From contig NZ_SCVH01000097.1 in NCBI RefSeq assembly GCF_004296935.1, forward strand, positions 6,093 to 70,092: a stretch of 64,000 bases of DNA. Reading direction: 5' to 3'. This DNA comes from Reyranella sp. GTDB taxonomy: Bacteria > Pseudomonadota > Alphaproteobacteria > Reyranellales > Reyranellaceae. The position numbers and the translations under genes were made by a program. Shown piece by piece: positions 19,547 through 28,600 of the stretch; position 1 is the first letter of the stretch; every line of letters begins with the position of its first letter. The notes under the pieces were generated by a model. It did no database searches. It was not told the DNA's origin and saw only the letters and a list, made by a program, of their open reading frames with translations.

Positions 19547-20839
19547 ATGAACATCCAGACTCCCGTCGATCCCACCAACGATCTCGTCGAAGCCGCCAGG
19601 CGCGTGCTGCCGGGCGGCAGCTTCGGCAACATGCCGGCCGAGGTGATCCTGAAAGAGGGCAAGGGCGGGCGGATCTGGGACGAGGCCGGCCGCGAATACG
19701 TCGACTTCCTGCTGGGCTCGGGGCCGATGTTCGTGGGCCATGCCCATCCCGACGTCACGGCGGCGGTGCAGGCGCAGGTGCCGTTCGGCACGACCTTCTT
19801 CGGCAACAACCGCCATGGCATCGCGCTCGCAGCGGCGATCGTCGACGCGGTGCCTTGTGCCGACCAGGTGCGCTTCGTCTGCTCTGGCACCGAGGCCGAC
19901 CTCTACGCCATGCGGGCGGCGCGGGCCTTCCGCAAGCGCGACAAGATCCTGAAGTTCGAGGGCGGCTATCACGGCATGAGCGACTATGCGCTGGTCTCGC
20001 TCGCGCCCAAGAACCCCGGCAATTTTCCGCGCGGCTCCGTCGATTCGGCGGGCATTCCGAAATCCGTCGTGGACGAGATGGTGGTCGCGGCCTTCAACGA
20101 CATCGACATGGTGAAGAGCCTGATCGAGGAACAGAAGGACGAGCTGGCGGGCGTCATCGTCGAGCCGTTCCAGCGCCTGATTCCGCCCAAGCCCGGCTTC
20201 CTGCAGGCGCTGCGGGAAGTGACCGCCGAGCACGGTATTCCGCTGATCTTCGACGAGGTCGTGACCGGCTTCCGCTTCGCCTATGGCGGCGCCCAGGAAT
20301 ATTACGGCGTGACGCCCGATCTCTGCACGCTCGGCAAGATCGTGGGCGGCGGTTTCGCCCTGGCGGCCATTGCCGGCCGCGCCGACATCATGGCTCATTT
20401 CGACCGCATCACCATGAACGATGAGGATTTCATCTTCCAGGTCGGCACGCTCTCGGGCAATCCTGTGGCTTCCGTCGCCGGTCTCGCGACGCTCGACGTG
20501 CTGAAGCAGCCCGGCACCTACGACAAGGTCTTCGCTACCGGTCGCGAGCTGATGGGCACGCTGCAGGAGCTCCTGAAGTCGGCCGGCTTCAGGGCGCAGG
20601 TGATCGGCGAGCCGCCGCTGTTCGACATCCTCTTCACCGACCAGCCGATCAAGGACTATCGCGACACGCTCAAGGCCGACACCGCGATCCTGAAGCGCTT
20701 CAACCAGCTTCTGCGCGCGCGCGGCATCATGAAGGGCGAGAGCAAGTACTATGTGAGCGTGGCCCACACCCGGGCCGACATCGACCACACGATCGGCGCC
20801 TGGACCGATGCGCTCAAGGAGCTGAAGGCCGGCCGCTAG
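19547..20839 (+). CDS. class III PLP-dependent aminotransferase (glutamate-1-semialdehyde aminomutase-like)
   Basis: Segments DFLLGSGPMFVGHAHP, FDEVVTGFR and LGKIVGGGF (PLP lysine region). ATG 19547 is preceded by GAGG. Confidence 0.85.
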   Translation: MNIQTPVDPTNDLVEAARRVLPGGSFGNMPAEVILKEGKGGRIWDEAGREYVDFLLGSGPMFVGHAHPDVTAAVQAQVPFGTTFFGNNRHGIALAAAIVDAVPCADQVRFVCSGTEADLYAMRAARAFRKRDKILKFEGGYHGMSDYALVSLAPKNPGNFPRGSVDSAGIPKSVVDEMVVAAFNDIDMVKSLIEEQKDELAGVIVEPFQRLIPPKPGFLQALREVTAEHGIPLIFDEVVTGFRFAYGGAQEYYGVTPDLCTLGKIVGGGFALAAIAGRADIMAHFDRITMNDEDFIFQVGTLSGNPVASVAGLATLDVLKQPGTYDKVFATGRELMGTLQELLKSAGFRAQVIGEPPLFDILFTDQPIKDYRDTLKADTAILKRFNQLLRARGIMKGESKYYVSVAHTRADIDHTIGAWTDALKELKAGR

Positions 20840-20857
20840 AACAGGTGAAGTCCAACG

Positions 20858-21373
20858 GTGAGGTCCAACGTGCGCAAACCGACAATTGCGGCGAAACCCC
20901 GGCCGGATCCTGAAGCATCGGCCGTGGGCCAGTGTCTTTGCGGCGCGGTGGAAATCGAGATCGGGACTCCGGCGCGATGGGCTTGGCACGATCATTCCAG
21001 CGCGACGCGGCGGGCGCACGGTGCCGCCTATGCGACCTATGTCGGCAGCTGGCGCAAGCGCTTTCGCGTCACCAGAGGGGCGGACGAGATCACGCGCTTT
21101 GCCGACGAGACCACCGGGACGACGAGAAGCTTTTGCGCCCGCTGCGGCACGCCGCTCGCCTATGAGCGCGCCCGGTCGGCGCACATGGTCAATGTTCCGC
21201 GCGCGCTGTTCACGACCCGCACGGGCCGGGAGCCGCGCTACCACATTGCGATCGACCAGCTGCAGGACTGGACATATCTCGGCGAACCGCTGGTTCCCCT
21301 GAAAGGCTTTCCCGGGGTTGTGTGGGAACGGCCGAACCGGAAAAAGCGCGGTCCATTGCCCAAATATCGCTAA
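20858..21373 (+). CDS. GFA family protein (glutathione-dependent formaldehyde-activating enzyme / CENP-V fold)
   Basis: Zinc-cysteine pattern CLCGAVE ... FCARCGTPL is typical of the GFA family. Confidence 0.75.
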   Translation: MRSNVRKPTIAAKPRPDPEASAVGQCLCGAVEIEIGTPARWAWHDHSSATRRAHGAAYATYVGSWRKRFRVTRGADEITRFADETTGTTRSFCARCGTPLAYERARSAHMVNVPRALFTTRTGREPRYHIAIDQLQDWTYLGEPLVPLKGFPGVVWERPNRKKRGPLPKYR

Positions 21374-21380
21374 CACGGAT

Positions 21381-21409
21381 TTGCAGGTTCAGCAGGTTTG
21401 GCGTATATT
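21381..21409 (+). promoter_or_regulatory. sigma70-type promoter of module A (TTGCAG-17 nt-TATATT)
   Basis: Near-consensus hexamers with 17-nt spacing. The same arrangement is conserved in copy B. Confidence 0.55.
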
Positions 21410-21416
21410 TTCAGGT

Positions 21417-21480
21417 AGATTGGCGATGTTTCGCCAGCACTGCCAGCACCGCCCGAAGGCTTCGCCTCCGGGCGTTTTTT
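21417..21480 (+). ncRNA. candidate small RNA (about 64 nt) ending in an intrinsic terminator
   Basis: Predicted start about 7 nt after the -10 hexamer. Internal hairpin TGGCGA-tgtt-TCGCCA. Terminator stem CGCCCG...CGGGCG with inner stem AGGC/GCCT, followed by TTTTTT (21475-21480). Confidence 0.45.
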
Positions 21481-21664
21481 ATGGTCCACGAATGGTCCAT
21501 TTTCTGTAACCGCCGGGGGACACCGATGACGACGGGCAGTCATCGCCGGTGGCACAGTTCGTCGGGGCGAGATTGCTCTTTTAGACCATACCGTTGATTG
21601 CGGTTTTTGGCACAGGCAGCGGCACACCGCGTGGCACAACGAGGTGTGCCACGAAATGGTCCAC

Positions 21665-22156
21665 TCAGGGTTCGTCCCGGACCTTCCGGTTGAGCAGGCT
21701 GCCCAACACCAGGCCGAGGACGAGGTCGTCCTCGGCGCCGAAGGTCAGGTGCACAATGCGCCCCGCGCGGTCGATGACGACGGTCGAGGGCGTCCCCTTG
21801 AAGCCGTAGGCAGCCATCGTGAGCGGAACGGGACCGTCCGGTGAGGGGCGGTCGACGGCGACCGGCATTTTCAGGCCATACTCGTGCAGGAAGGCTTCCA
21901 GTGAGACTGGCGTCATGGCCGCGTGATGCTCGAAGACGGTGTGGAGGCCCAGCACCACGAGATCGTCGAGACCCTTGGCGATCTCGTGCAGGCGCCGCGC
22001 CTGTGGGACGGCATGGGCGACGCAGCCGGGACAAAGCATCTGGAAGGCATGCAGCACCACGACCTTGCCGCGAAACATGTCGAGCGCCAGCGGCCTGTCG
22101 GTGTTGAACCAGCGCTCGGCCTCGATCGGCGGTGCCGGAATCGGTGCTTCGTTCAT
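21665..22156 (-). CDS. TlpA/redoxin-like thioredoxin-fold protein
   Basis: CPGC redox motif inside FRGKVVVLHAFQMLCPGCV. 163 aa with a thioredoxin-fold length and pattern. Confidence 0.75.
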   Translation of the reverse strand: MNEAPIPAPPIEAERWFNTDRPLALDMFRGKVVVLHAFQMLCPGCVAHAVPQARRLHEIAKGLDDLVVLGLHTVFEHHAAMTPVSLEAFLHEYGLKMPVAVDRPSPDGPVPLTMAAYGFKGTPSTVVIDRAGRIVHLTFGAEDDLVLGLVLGSLLNRKVRDEP

Positions 22157-22159
22157 GGT

Positions 22160-22906
22160 CTAGGGCTCGGCCATGCCCTTCTTCTTGAGTACCGGCAGGT
22201 TGGAAGGATCGGCCAGCATCAGCAGCAGCGCGTCGGCGGCGGCGGGGTTGCGCGAGGCGGCGGAGACACCGCCCGAATAGGCGATGTAGTGCTGGACCTC
22301 GAGCGGGATGGGCCCCACCAGCGTCGTGCCCGGCACGGCCAGGAGCTCGCTCGTCGGCTGCAGGGCGATCTCGGCCTCGCCGGTCACGATCTTCTCGGCC
22401 GAGTACCCGCCCTTCACCAGGACAGTCTTGGGTTTCAACTCGGCGGCGATGCCCATCTTTTCGAACAGATGGGCAAGATAGGTGCCGGCCGTGCCGCCCG
22501 ACGCCGGATCGGTGTAGGCGATGGCGCGGGCCGCCAGCAGCGTCTTCTTGAAGGCCTCGACGCTGGAAATGTCGGGCAGCGGCGCGCCCTGCTTGACGGC
22601 GACGCCGATGCCGACGCGTGCCAGCACCTTGGCGCTGCTCTCGACGATCTTGCTGCCGAGCAGCGGGCCCAACCGTGCGGGCGGCATGACGACCACGTCG
22701 AAGTATTCGCCGGCAGCGACGCGGCGCGCGAGCCCGCCCGCCGTGTCGTTCTCGACCGTGACCTTGTGGCCGGTGCGCTTCTCGAACTCGGGCACCAGCT
22801 CCAGCGCCACCGGCTTGTAGGCACCGGCGGTCAGCAGTTTCAGATCGGCCGCGGCGGCGCTGCCGAGGCCGGCGAGGAGGCAGAGGACGGCAAGGACGAT
22901 ACGCAT
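22160..22906 (-). CDS. periplasmic substrate-binding protein (ModA/molybdate-binding-like fold)
   Basis: Signal peptide MRIVLAVLCLLAGLGSAAA, about 250 aa, type-2 binding-protein pattern. Ligand not inferable. Confidence 0.6.
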   Translation of the reverse strand: MRIVLAVLCLLAGLGSAAAADLKLLTAGAYKPVALELVPEFEKRTGHKVTVENDTAGGLARRVAAGEYFDVVVMPPARLGPLLGSKIVESSAKVLARVGIGVAVKQGAPLPDISSVEAFKKTLLAARAIAYTDPASGGTAGTYLAHLFEKMGIAAELKPKTVLVKGGYSAEKIVTGEAEIALQPTSELLAVPGTTLVGPIPLEVQHYIAYSGGVSAASRNPAAADALLLMLADPSNLPVLKKKGMAEP

Positions 22907-22916
22907 GGTCGGAACC

Positions 22917-23840
22917 TCAGGTGGGCGTGCCCATGATGTAGGGTTTCAGCATGGCATACAGCAAGGCATGGGTGGGTGTCGGCACGCCATGTTTGCGGCC
23001 GAGCTCGATCACCTTGCCGCTGAGCCACGGCAGTTCGATGCGGTTGCCGCGCAAGAGATCGGCGCCCATCGAGGCCATGAGATGCGCCGGCGCGTTGCGG
23101 TTGAAGTTGAGCGTGCGGTCCACGGCGTCGGCCGGCAGCGCGATGCCGGAGGCGCGGCCGACGGCCACCACTTCCTCGTAGGCGGCGATGAAGTAGGGCG
23201 CGATGTCGGGGTCGTCGCGCAGATGGCCGATCGGCAGGCGGGCGAGCGCCATCATGCTGGCGTTGGAGGCGAGCAGGATGAACTTCATCCAGAGCTCGGT
23301 CAGGATCGCCTCGCTGAAGACGCCGTCGATGCCTGCCCTGGCGCAGGCGGTGGCCAGCGCCTGGCCACGCGCGCTCCTGGCGCCATCGAGTTCGCCGAAC
23401 ACCATGCGCATCACCGTGCCGGTCTGGCGGATCACGCCGGGCTCGGCGATGGTGGCGCTGATGTTGGCGACGCCTGGCATCACCGCCTGCTTGCCCAGGA
23501 TCGGGATCAGCCGCTCGTGGGCGTCGATGCCGTTCTGCAGGGTGACCACGGCGGTGTCCTTGCCGACCATGGGCTTGATCTGCTGGCCGGCGCTGTCGAC
23601 GTCCCACAGTTTGACGCAGAACAGCACGAAGTCGACCGGACCGACCGTCTTGGGATCGTCGGTGGCCTGCGCGGGAGACACATGGGTCTCGCCCCGGCCG
23701 CCTTCGACCCTGAGGCCCTTGCTCTTCATGGCGGCCAGGTGCGCGCCGCGCGCGATGAAGGTGACATCGGCGCCCGCCTTGGCGAGGGCTGCGCCATAGC
23801 CGCCGCCGATGCCGCCCGCGCCTACGATTGCAATACGCAT
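22917..23840 (-). CDS. panE: 2-dehydropantoate 2-reductase (ketopantoate reductase family)
   Basis: N-terminal MRIAIVGAGGIGGGYGAALAKAG Rossmann motif and ApbA/PanE-like length. The family includes non-pantothenate paralogues, so the symbol is tentative. Confidence 0.7.
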   Translation of the reverse strand: MRIAIVGAGGIGGGYGAALAKAGADVTFIARGAHLAAMKSKGLRVEGGRGETHVSPAQATDDPKTVGPVDFVLFCVKLWDVDSAGQQIKPMVGKDTAVVTLQNGIDAHERLIPILGKQAVMPGVANISATIAEPGVIRQTGTVMRMVFGELDGARSARGQALATACARAGIDGVFSEAILTELWMKFILLASNASMMALARLPIGHLRDDPDIAPYFIAAYEEVVAVGRASGIALPADAVDRTLNFNRNAPAHLMASMGADLLRGNRIELPWLSGKVIELGRKHGVPTPTHALLYAMLKPYIMGTPT

Positions 23841-23861
23841 GAAACGCTCCTCGAGTGGACT

Positions 23862-24416
23862 CTAGACGATGCTGGCGACCAGCAGGCAGCCGCCGTGGCC
23901 GGCGAGGACCGTGGCGTCGGTCGTCTCGAGGCGCAAGCCGTGATCGCCCGCCAGGACATGGCGTGTGCCACCGACGTCGAGCGCGCTCTCGCCCAATGGG
24001 TTGTAGACGATGTGCGTGCCCGGCCCGAGCCGGAGCGAGCGGTCCTCGTCGAGAACCCTGAGGTCGATCCGCACCTTGGCGCGATTGCCGATGAGGTTCA
24101 CCACCTCGACTGGGCCCGCCTCGAGACGACTCGTGACCGGCGTCTCGCCGGCGAAGCGCACCGGCCGGAACGGCTGGCGGACATCGATCTCGCCGTCGGG
24201 CGTCTTCAGCACCAGGCCGCTGCCGGCCACCAGCACCTGCACGCGGTCGAAGCCGCGGTAGTCGGAGAAGGGACCGGGGGCCACGATGGGCGTGCGGCCG
24301 AAGCGCCAGACGTCGCCGTCCCTGTCGGTCGCGACGGCAATGTCGACGGTGGCGCCGCCGCCGTTCCGCCAGGGCGTGGTGACGTACTGAGTGGGGTCGA
24401 GCCGGCTGATCGTCAT
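23862..24416 (-). CDS. HutD family protein
   Basis: The WRNGGG motif (TTPWRNGGGATVDIA) is characteristic of HutD/Ves. ATG at 24416 overlaps the upstream stop (ATGA). The longer listed ORF 23862..24713 has an Arg/Ala-rich artefactual extension. Confidence 0.7.
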   Translation of the reverse strand: MTISRLDPTQYVTTPWRNGGGATVDIAVATDRDGDVWRFGRTPIVAPGPFSDYRGFDRVQVLVAGSGLVLKTPDGEIDVRQPFRPVRFAGETPVTSRLEAGPVEVVNLIGNRAKVRIDLRVLDEDRSLRLGPGTHIVYNPLGESALDVGGTRHVLAGDHGLRLETTDATVLAGHGGCLLVASIV

Positions 24417-25600
24417 GAGGAAGCGGCGACTGCGCCATCGGCCAGGAGGGCCGCGATCTCGGGCGGCGTAAAACCGTGCTCGGCCAGGATCGCCTGGCTG
24501 TGCTGGCCCGGCAGCGGCGCCACGGCCCTGGGCGTGTCGGCGGCGGGCGGCAGCGTGCCGGGCAGCGCCGGCACGGGTACCGGCTGCGGCACGCCCGCCT
24601 GTTCGAGCCAGTGGATCAGGCCGGTCTCGCGCACGTGCGGCTGGGCGAGGAACTCGGCGTAGCTGTTCAGCCGCTCGTGCATGATGCGGCCATCGGTCAG
24701 GCGCCGGGCCCACTCGGCGCAGGGCCGGGCCGCGATCGCCGGGCGCACGATGGCATAGAGAGCGGCCTCGTTGGCGAGCCGCGCCGCCGGACCCGCGAAG
24801 CGCGGATCGGCTGCCAGCGCGGGCATGTCCATGGCGGCACAGAGGTTCTTCCAGTCGCGGTCGTTGATGGCCAGGATCGACATCCAGCCGTCGGCCGTCT
24901 GGAAGACGCCGCCGGGCACGCCGCCCGGCTTCATCGTGCCGCCCTCGAGATGGCAGGCCATGAGCCGGATCGCCTGCAGCGCGGTGACGCCCTGCATCAG
25001 GCTGACGTCGATGTAGCGGCCGTGCGTCTCGTCGCGTCGGGCGTAGAGCGCGGAGGCGAGCGCCTGGTAGGCATAGAGCGCCGTCGACATGTCGGCCACG
25101 ATCACCGGCACGCGATGCGGGATGCCGTCGTCACCGCGGTTCTCCGACATCAGGCCGGTATAGGCCTGCAGCACCGGGTCCATGGCCGGCCGCTCGGCCA
25201 GCGGCCCGGTCTGGCCGAAGCCCGAGATTGAGAGATAGAGCAGACGCGGCACGCGGGCGGAAACGGCTTCATAGTCGAAACCCAGCCGGCGGATGACGCC
25301 GGGCCTGAAACCTTCGAGGAAGACGTCGGCGCCGTCGAACAGGCGCCACAGCACCTGCTTGCCGGCCTCGGTCTTGAGGTCGATGGCGATGCTGCGCTTG
25401 CCGAGATTGCCGATGATCGAGAAGGCCGTGTGGCTGCCGTAGCGGACGCCGAGCGCGCGGGCCCAGTCGCCCTCGCCGATGCTCTCGACCTTGATCACCT
25501 GGGCGCCGTGCTGCGCCAGCAGCATGGCGCAGTAGGGCCCGGCAATGCCCTGGCTGAGGTCGATCACCTTGAGGCCGGCGAAAGGCGCGTCGTAGCTCAT
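24413..25600 (-). CDS. CaiB/BaiF family (class III) CoA-transferase
   Basis: GLKVIDLSQGIAGPYCAMLLAQHGAQVIKVE N-terminal signature. 395 aa. Confidence 0.85.
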   Translation of the reverse strand: MSYDAPFAGLKVIDLSQGIAGPYCAMLLAQHGAQVIKVESIGEGDWARALGVRYGSHTAFSIIGNLGKRSIAIDLKTEAGKQVLWRLFDGADVFLEGFRPGVIRRLGFDYEAVSARVPRLLYLSISGFGQTGPLAERPAMDPVLQAYTGLMSENRGDDGIPHRVPVIVADMSTALYAYQALASALYARRDETHGRYIDVSLMQGVTALQAIRLMACHLEGGTMKPGGVPGGVFQTADGWMSILAINDRDWKNLCAAMDMPALAADPRFAGPAARLANEAALYAIVRPAIAARPCAEWARRLTDGRIMHERLNSYAEFLAQPHVRETGLIHWLEQAGVPQPVPVPALPGTLPPAADTPRAVAPLPGQHSQAILAEHGFTPPEIAALLADGAVAASS

Positions 25601-25645
25601 GTCATGACCATAGCGCGGGATCGGCGCCTGCGGCCATGGTGCGCG

Positions 25646-28600
25646 TCAGGTCGGTTCCTTGAGGCGGTACCAGGCGGCGTAGAGCGCCGGCAGGAACAGG
25701 AGCGTGAGCAGGGTGGCGACGATGATGCCGCCGATCATGGCATAGGCCATCGGACCCCAGAACACCTCGCGGGCGATCGGGATCATGCCGAGGCTGGCGG
25801 CGGCTGCGGTCAGCAGGATCGGGCGCAGGCGATGGGTCGTCGCCTCGACCACGGCGTTCCACGGCGCCAGCCCCTCGGCCAGGAACTCGTCGATCTGCGC
25901 CACCAGGATCACCGAGTTGCGGATGATGATGCCGATCAGCGCCAGCACCCCCAGGATCGCCACGAAGCCCATGGGCTGGTCGGTCGCCAGCAGTGCGGCC
26001 ACGACGCCGATCAGCCCGAGTGGCGCCACGCTCACGACCAGGAAGAGCTTCTGGAAGCTCTGGAGCTGTATCATCAGCACCGTTGCCATCAGGAACAGCA
26101 TCAGCGGCACGACATCGGCGATCGGCTGCTCACCCTTGGCGCTCTCCTCGACCGTGCCGCCGATAGCGATGCTGTAGTCGGCCGGCAGTGCGGCCGCGAA
26201 CTTAGCGACGGCGGGTTTCAGCTGGTCGACGATCGTCGCGGGTTGCAGGCCACCCAGCACACCTGCCTGCAGCGTGATGGTGGGCTGGCGGTCGCGCCGC
26301 CAGACGATCGGCTGTTCGAGCTCGAACCGTATGTCGGCAATGGCGAACAGCGGGATGGGCTGGCCGTTGCGGCCGGCGAGCTGCAGGCCCTGGAAGGTCT
26401 CCAGCGCCACGCGCTCGGCGCGCTCGGCCCGGCCTACGACGTTGATCAGGTAGATGCTGTCGTACATCTGCGTGATCGACGAGCCGCCGACCACGTTGTT
26501 CAGCATGGTGGCGATATCCTGCGAGCTGATGCCGAGCTGGCGGGCGCGATTCTGGTCGACGCGGATCTTCAGGACTTTCCCGGGCTCGTTCCAGTCGTAG
26601 ACGATGCCGCCGACGTTCGGGTTGGCGGCGACCACGCTGGCGAACTCCTGCGTCAGGCGGCGCACGGTCTGGATGTCGGGTCCGCCGATTCTGTACTGGA
26701 TCGGCCGGCCGACCGGCGGTCCGAGGTCGAGCGGATGGACGAAGCCGTCGATGCCGACGAAGTCCTCGCGCAGGAGCTTGCGCAGGCGCTCGGCCACCCG
26801 GTCGCGCGCCGCGACATCGGTGGTCACGATCACGACCTGGCCGAAGAAGGGATTGCCGAGTTGCTCGTCGAGCGGCAGGTAGAAGCGGACGGCGCCGCGG
26901 CCGACATAGGAACTCCAGCGCACGATGTCCTTGTCGCCGGGCAGCGCCTTTTCCAGACGGTCCATCTGCTTCTTGGTCTCGGCGATCGAACTGTCCTGCG
27001 GCAAGGTCATGTCGACCAGCAGCTCGGGCCGGTCGGCCGTCGGAAAGAACTGGTTCTGGACCAGGCCGAGGCCCACGACCGAGAGGGCGAACAGGACCGC
27101 CGTCACGCCGATGGTCAGCCACCGCCAGCGCATCGCCAGCACCAGCAGGCGCGAAAACCCCGCCTTCAGCCGTGACGGCTTCGCTTCGTCCTGCTTCGCG
27201 GCTGCGCGGGGCAGCAGGCTGACGCCGAGCAGCGGGGTGAACAGCACGGCCACTACCCAGGAGATCAGCAGGGCGGCCGCTATCACGGCGAACAGCGTAA
27301 AGGTGTATTCGCCGGCCGAGCTGCCGTTCAGCCCGATCGGCACGAAGCCCGCGACCGTCACCAGCGTGCCGGTCAGCATGGGGAAGGCGGTCGAGGTATA
27401 GGCGAAGGTCGCTGACTTCTCGAGCGAATCGCCCGCCTCGCGCCGTGCCACCATCATCTCGACCGAGATCATGGCGTCGTCAACCAGCAGGCCGAGCGCG
27501 ATGATCAGCGCGCCGAGCGAGATGCGCTGCAGGGTGATGCCGGAATATTCCATGAAGACGAAAGTGCCGGCCAGGACCAACGGGATGGCGATGGCCACGA
27601 CCAGCCCGGCGCGCAGGCCGAGGCTGAGGAAGCTGACCGCGAGCACGATGACCACGGCCTCGAACAGCGCCTGCGTGAAGCCGCCGACCGCCTCCTCGAC
27701 CACGGCCGGCTGATTCGACACGAGGTGGACGCCGACGCCGATCGGCAGCTCCGACACGATCTGCCGCATGCGTGTCTTCAGGTCCTCGCCGAACTGGATG
27801 ACGTTGCCGTTGGCCTTCATGCCGACGGCGATGCCGATCGCCGGCTGGCCGTTGAAGCGAAACATCGGCTGCGGCGGGTCGACATAGCCGCGCGTCACGG
27901 TGGCGACGTCGATGAGCCGGAAGAAGCGGTCGTTGACGCGGATGTTGACGGCGCGAAGGCTGTCCTCCGAGGTGAACTGGCCCGTCACCCGCAGGCTGAC
28001 CGTCTCGGCGCCGGCCTGCACGGTGCCCGATGGCGCGATTGCGTTCTGCGCCTGCAGGCTCTGCAGGACGGCCTGCTGGTCGACTCCGAGACCCGCGATG
28101 TGCTGGGTCGAGAAGTTGAGATAGATGACCTCGTCCTGCACGCCCAGCAGCTCGACACGTCCGGCCCCGGGAATCTTCAGGACCTGGGTCCTCGCCTGCT
28201 CGGCATAGTCGCGGAGCTGGCGGAAGGAGAGACCGTCGGCTGTCAGGGCGTAGATGTTGCCGAACACGTCGCCGAACTGGTCGTTGAAGAACGGCCCCTG
28301 CACGTTGGTCGGCAGGTCGGAGCGGATGTCGTTGATCTTGGCGCGCACGTCGAGCCAGATCGCCTTGATGTCGCGGCCGGGCGTCGTGTCCTTGAGGTTG
28401 ACGAAGACGGTCGTCTGTCCAGACGTGCTGTAGCTCTTCGTGAAGTCGAGCGTGTTCAGCTCCTGCAGTTTTCGCTCGATGCGGTCGGTGACCTGATTCG
28501 TCATCTCCTCGACCGTGGCGCCGGGCCAGCTTGCCTGCACGATCATCGTCTTGATGGCGAAGGAGGGATCTTCCTCGCGGCCGAGCCGCAGGTAGGAGAA

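Larger units (their letters stand above)
21378..21664 (+). repeat. non-coding intergenic module, copy A (paralogue of 53977-54262)
   Basis: Colinear with copy B, with conserved blocks at identical offsets from the -35 hexamer: 101, 169, 227 and 250 nt. It fills the gap between convergent genes. Confidence 0.85.

Noticed and set aside
21550-21652. TGGCAC motifs read as sigma54 (-24/-12) promoters.
   Set aside because: None of the TGGCAC occurrences is followed by TTGC at the strict spacing required (GG-N10-GC). The best case is TGGCAC-N6-TTGT on the minus strand, which is off by one base and lacks the GC.
21482-21664. Possible small Cys-rich protein or other conserved peptide encoded in the 287-bp modules. 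Candidates are the plus-strand MVH(E/K)WS ORFs and the minus-strand frames giving C-A-x-x-C-A-x-x-C-A...LCHR or WHTSLCH.
   Set aside because: The plus-strand ORFs diverge in frame between the copies: GGTGGCACAGTT is read in different frames. Copy A has no start codon for the Cys-rich frame. My hand alignment of about 41 codons shows substitutions between copies spread evenly over the three codon positions (about 10/11/11), so there is no coding signature in any frame.
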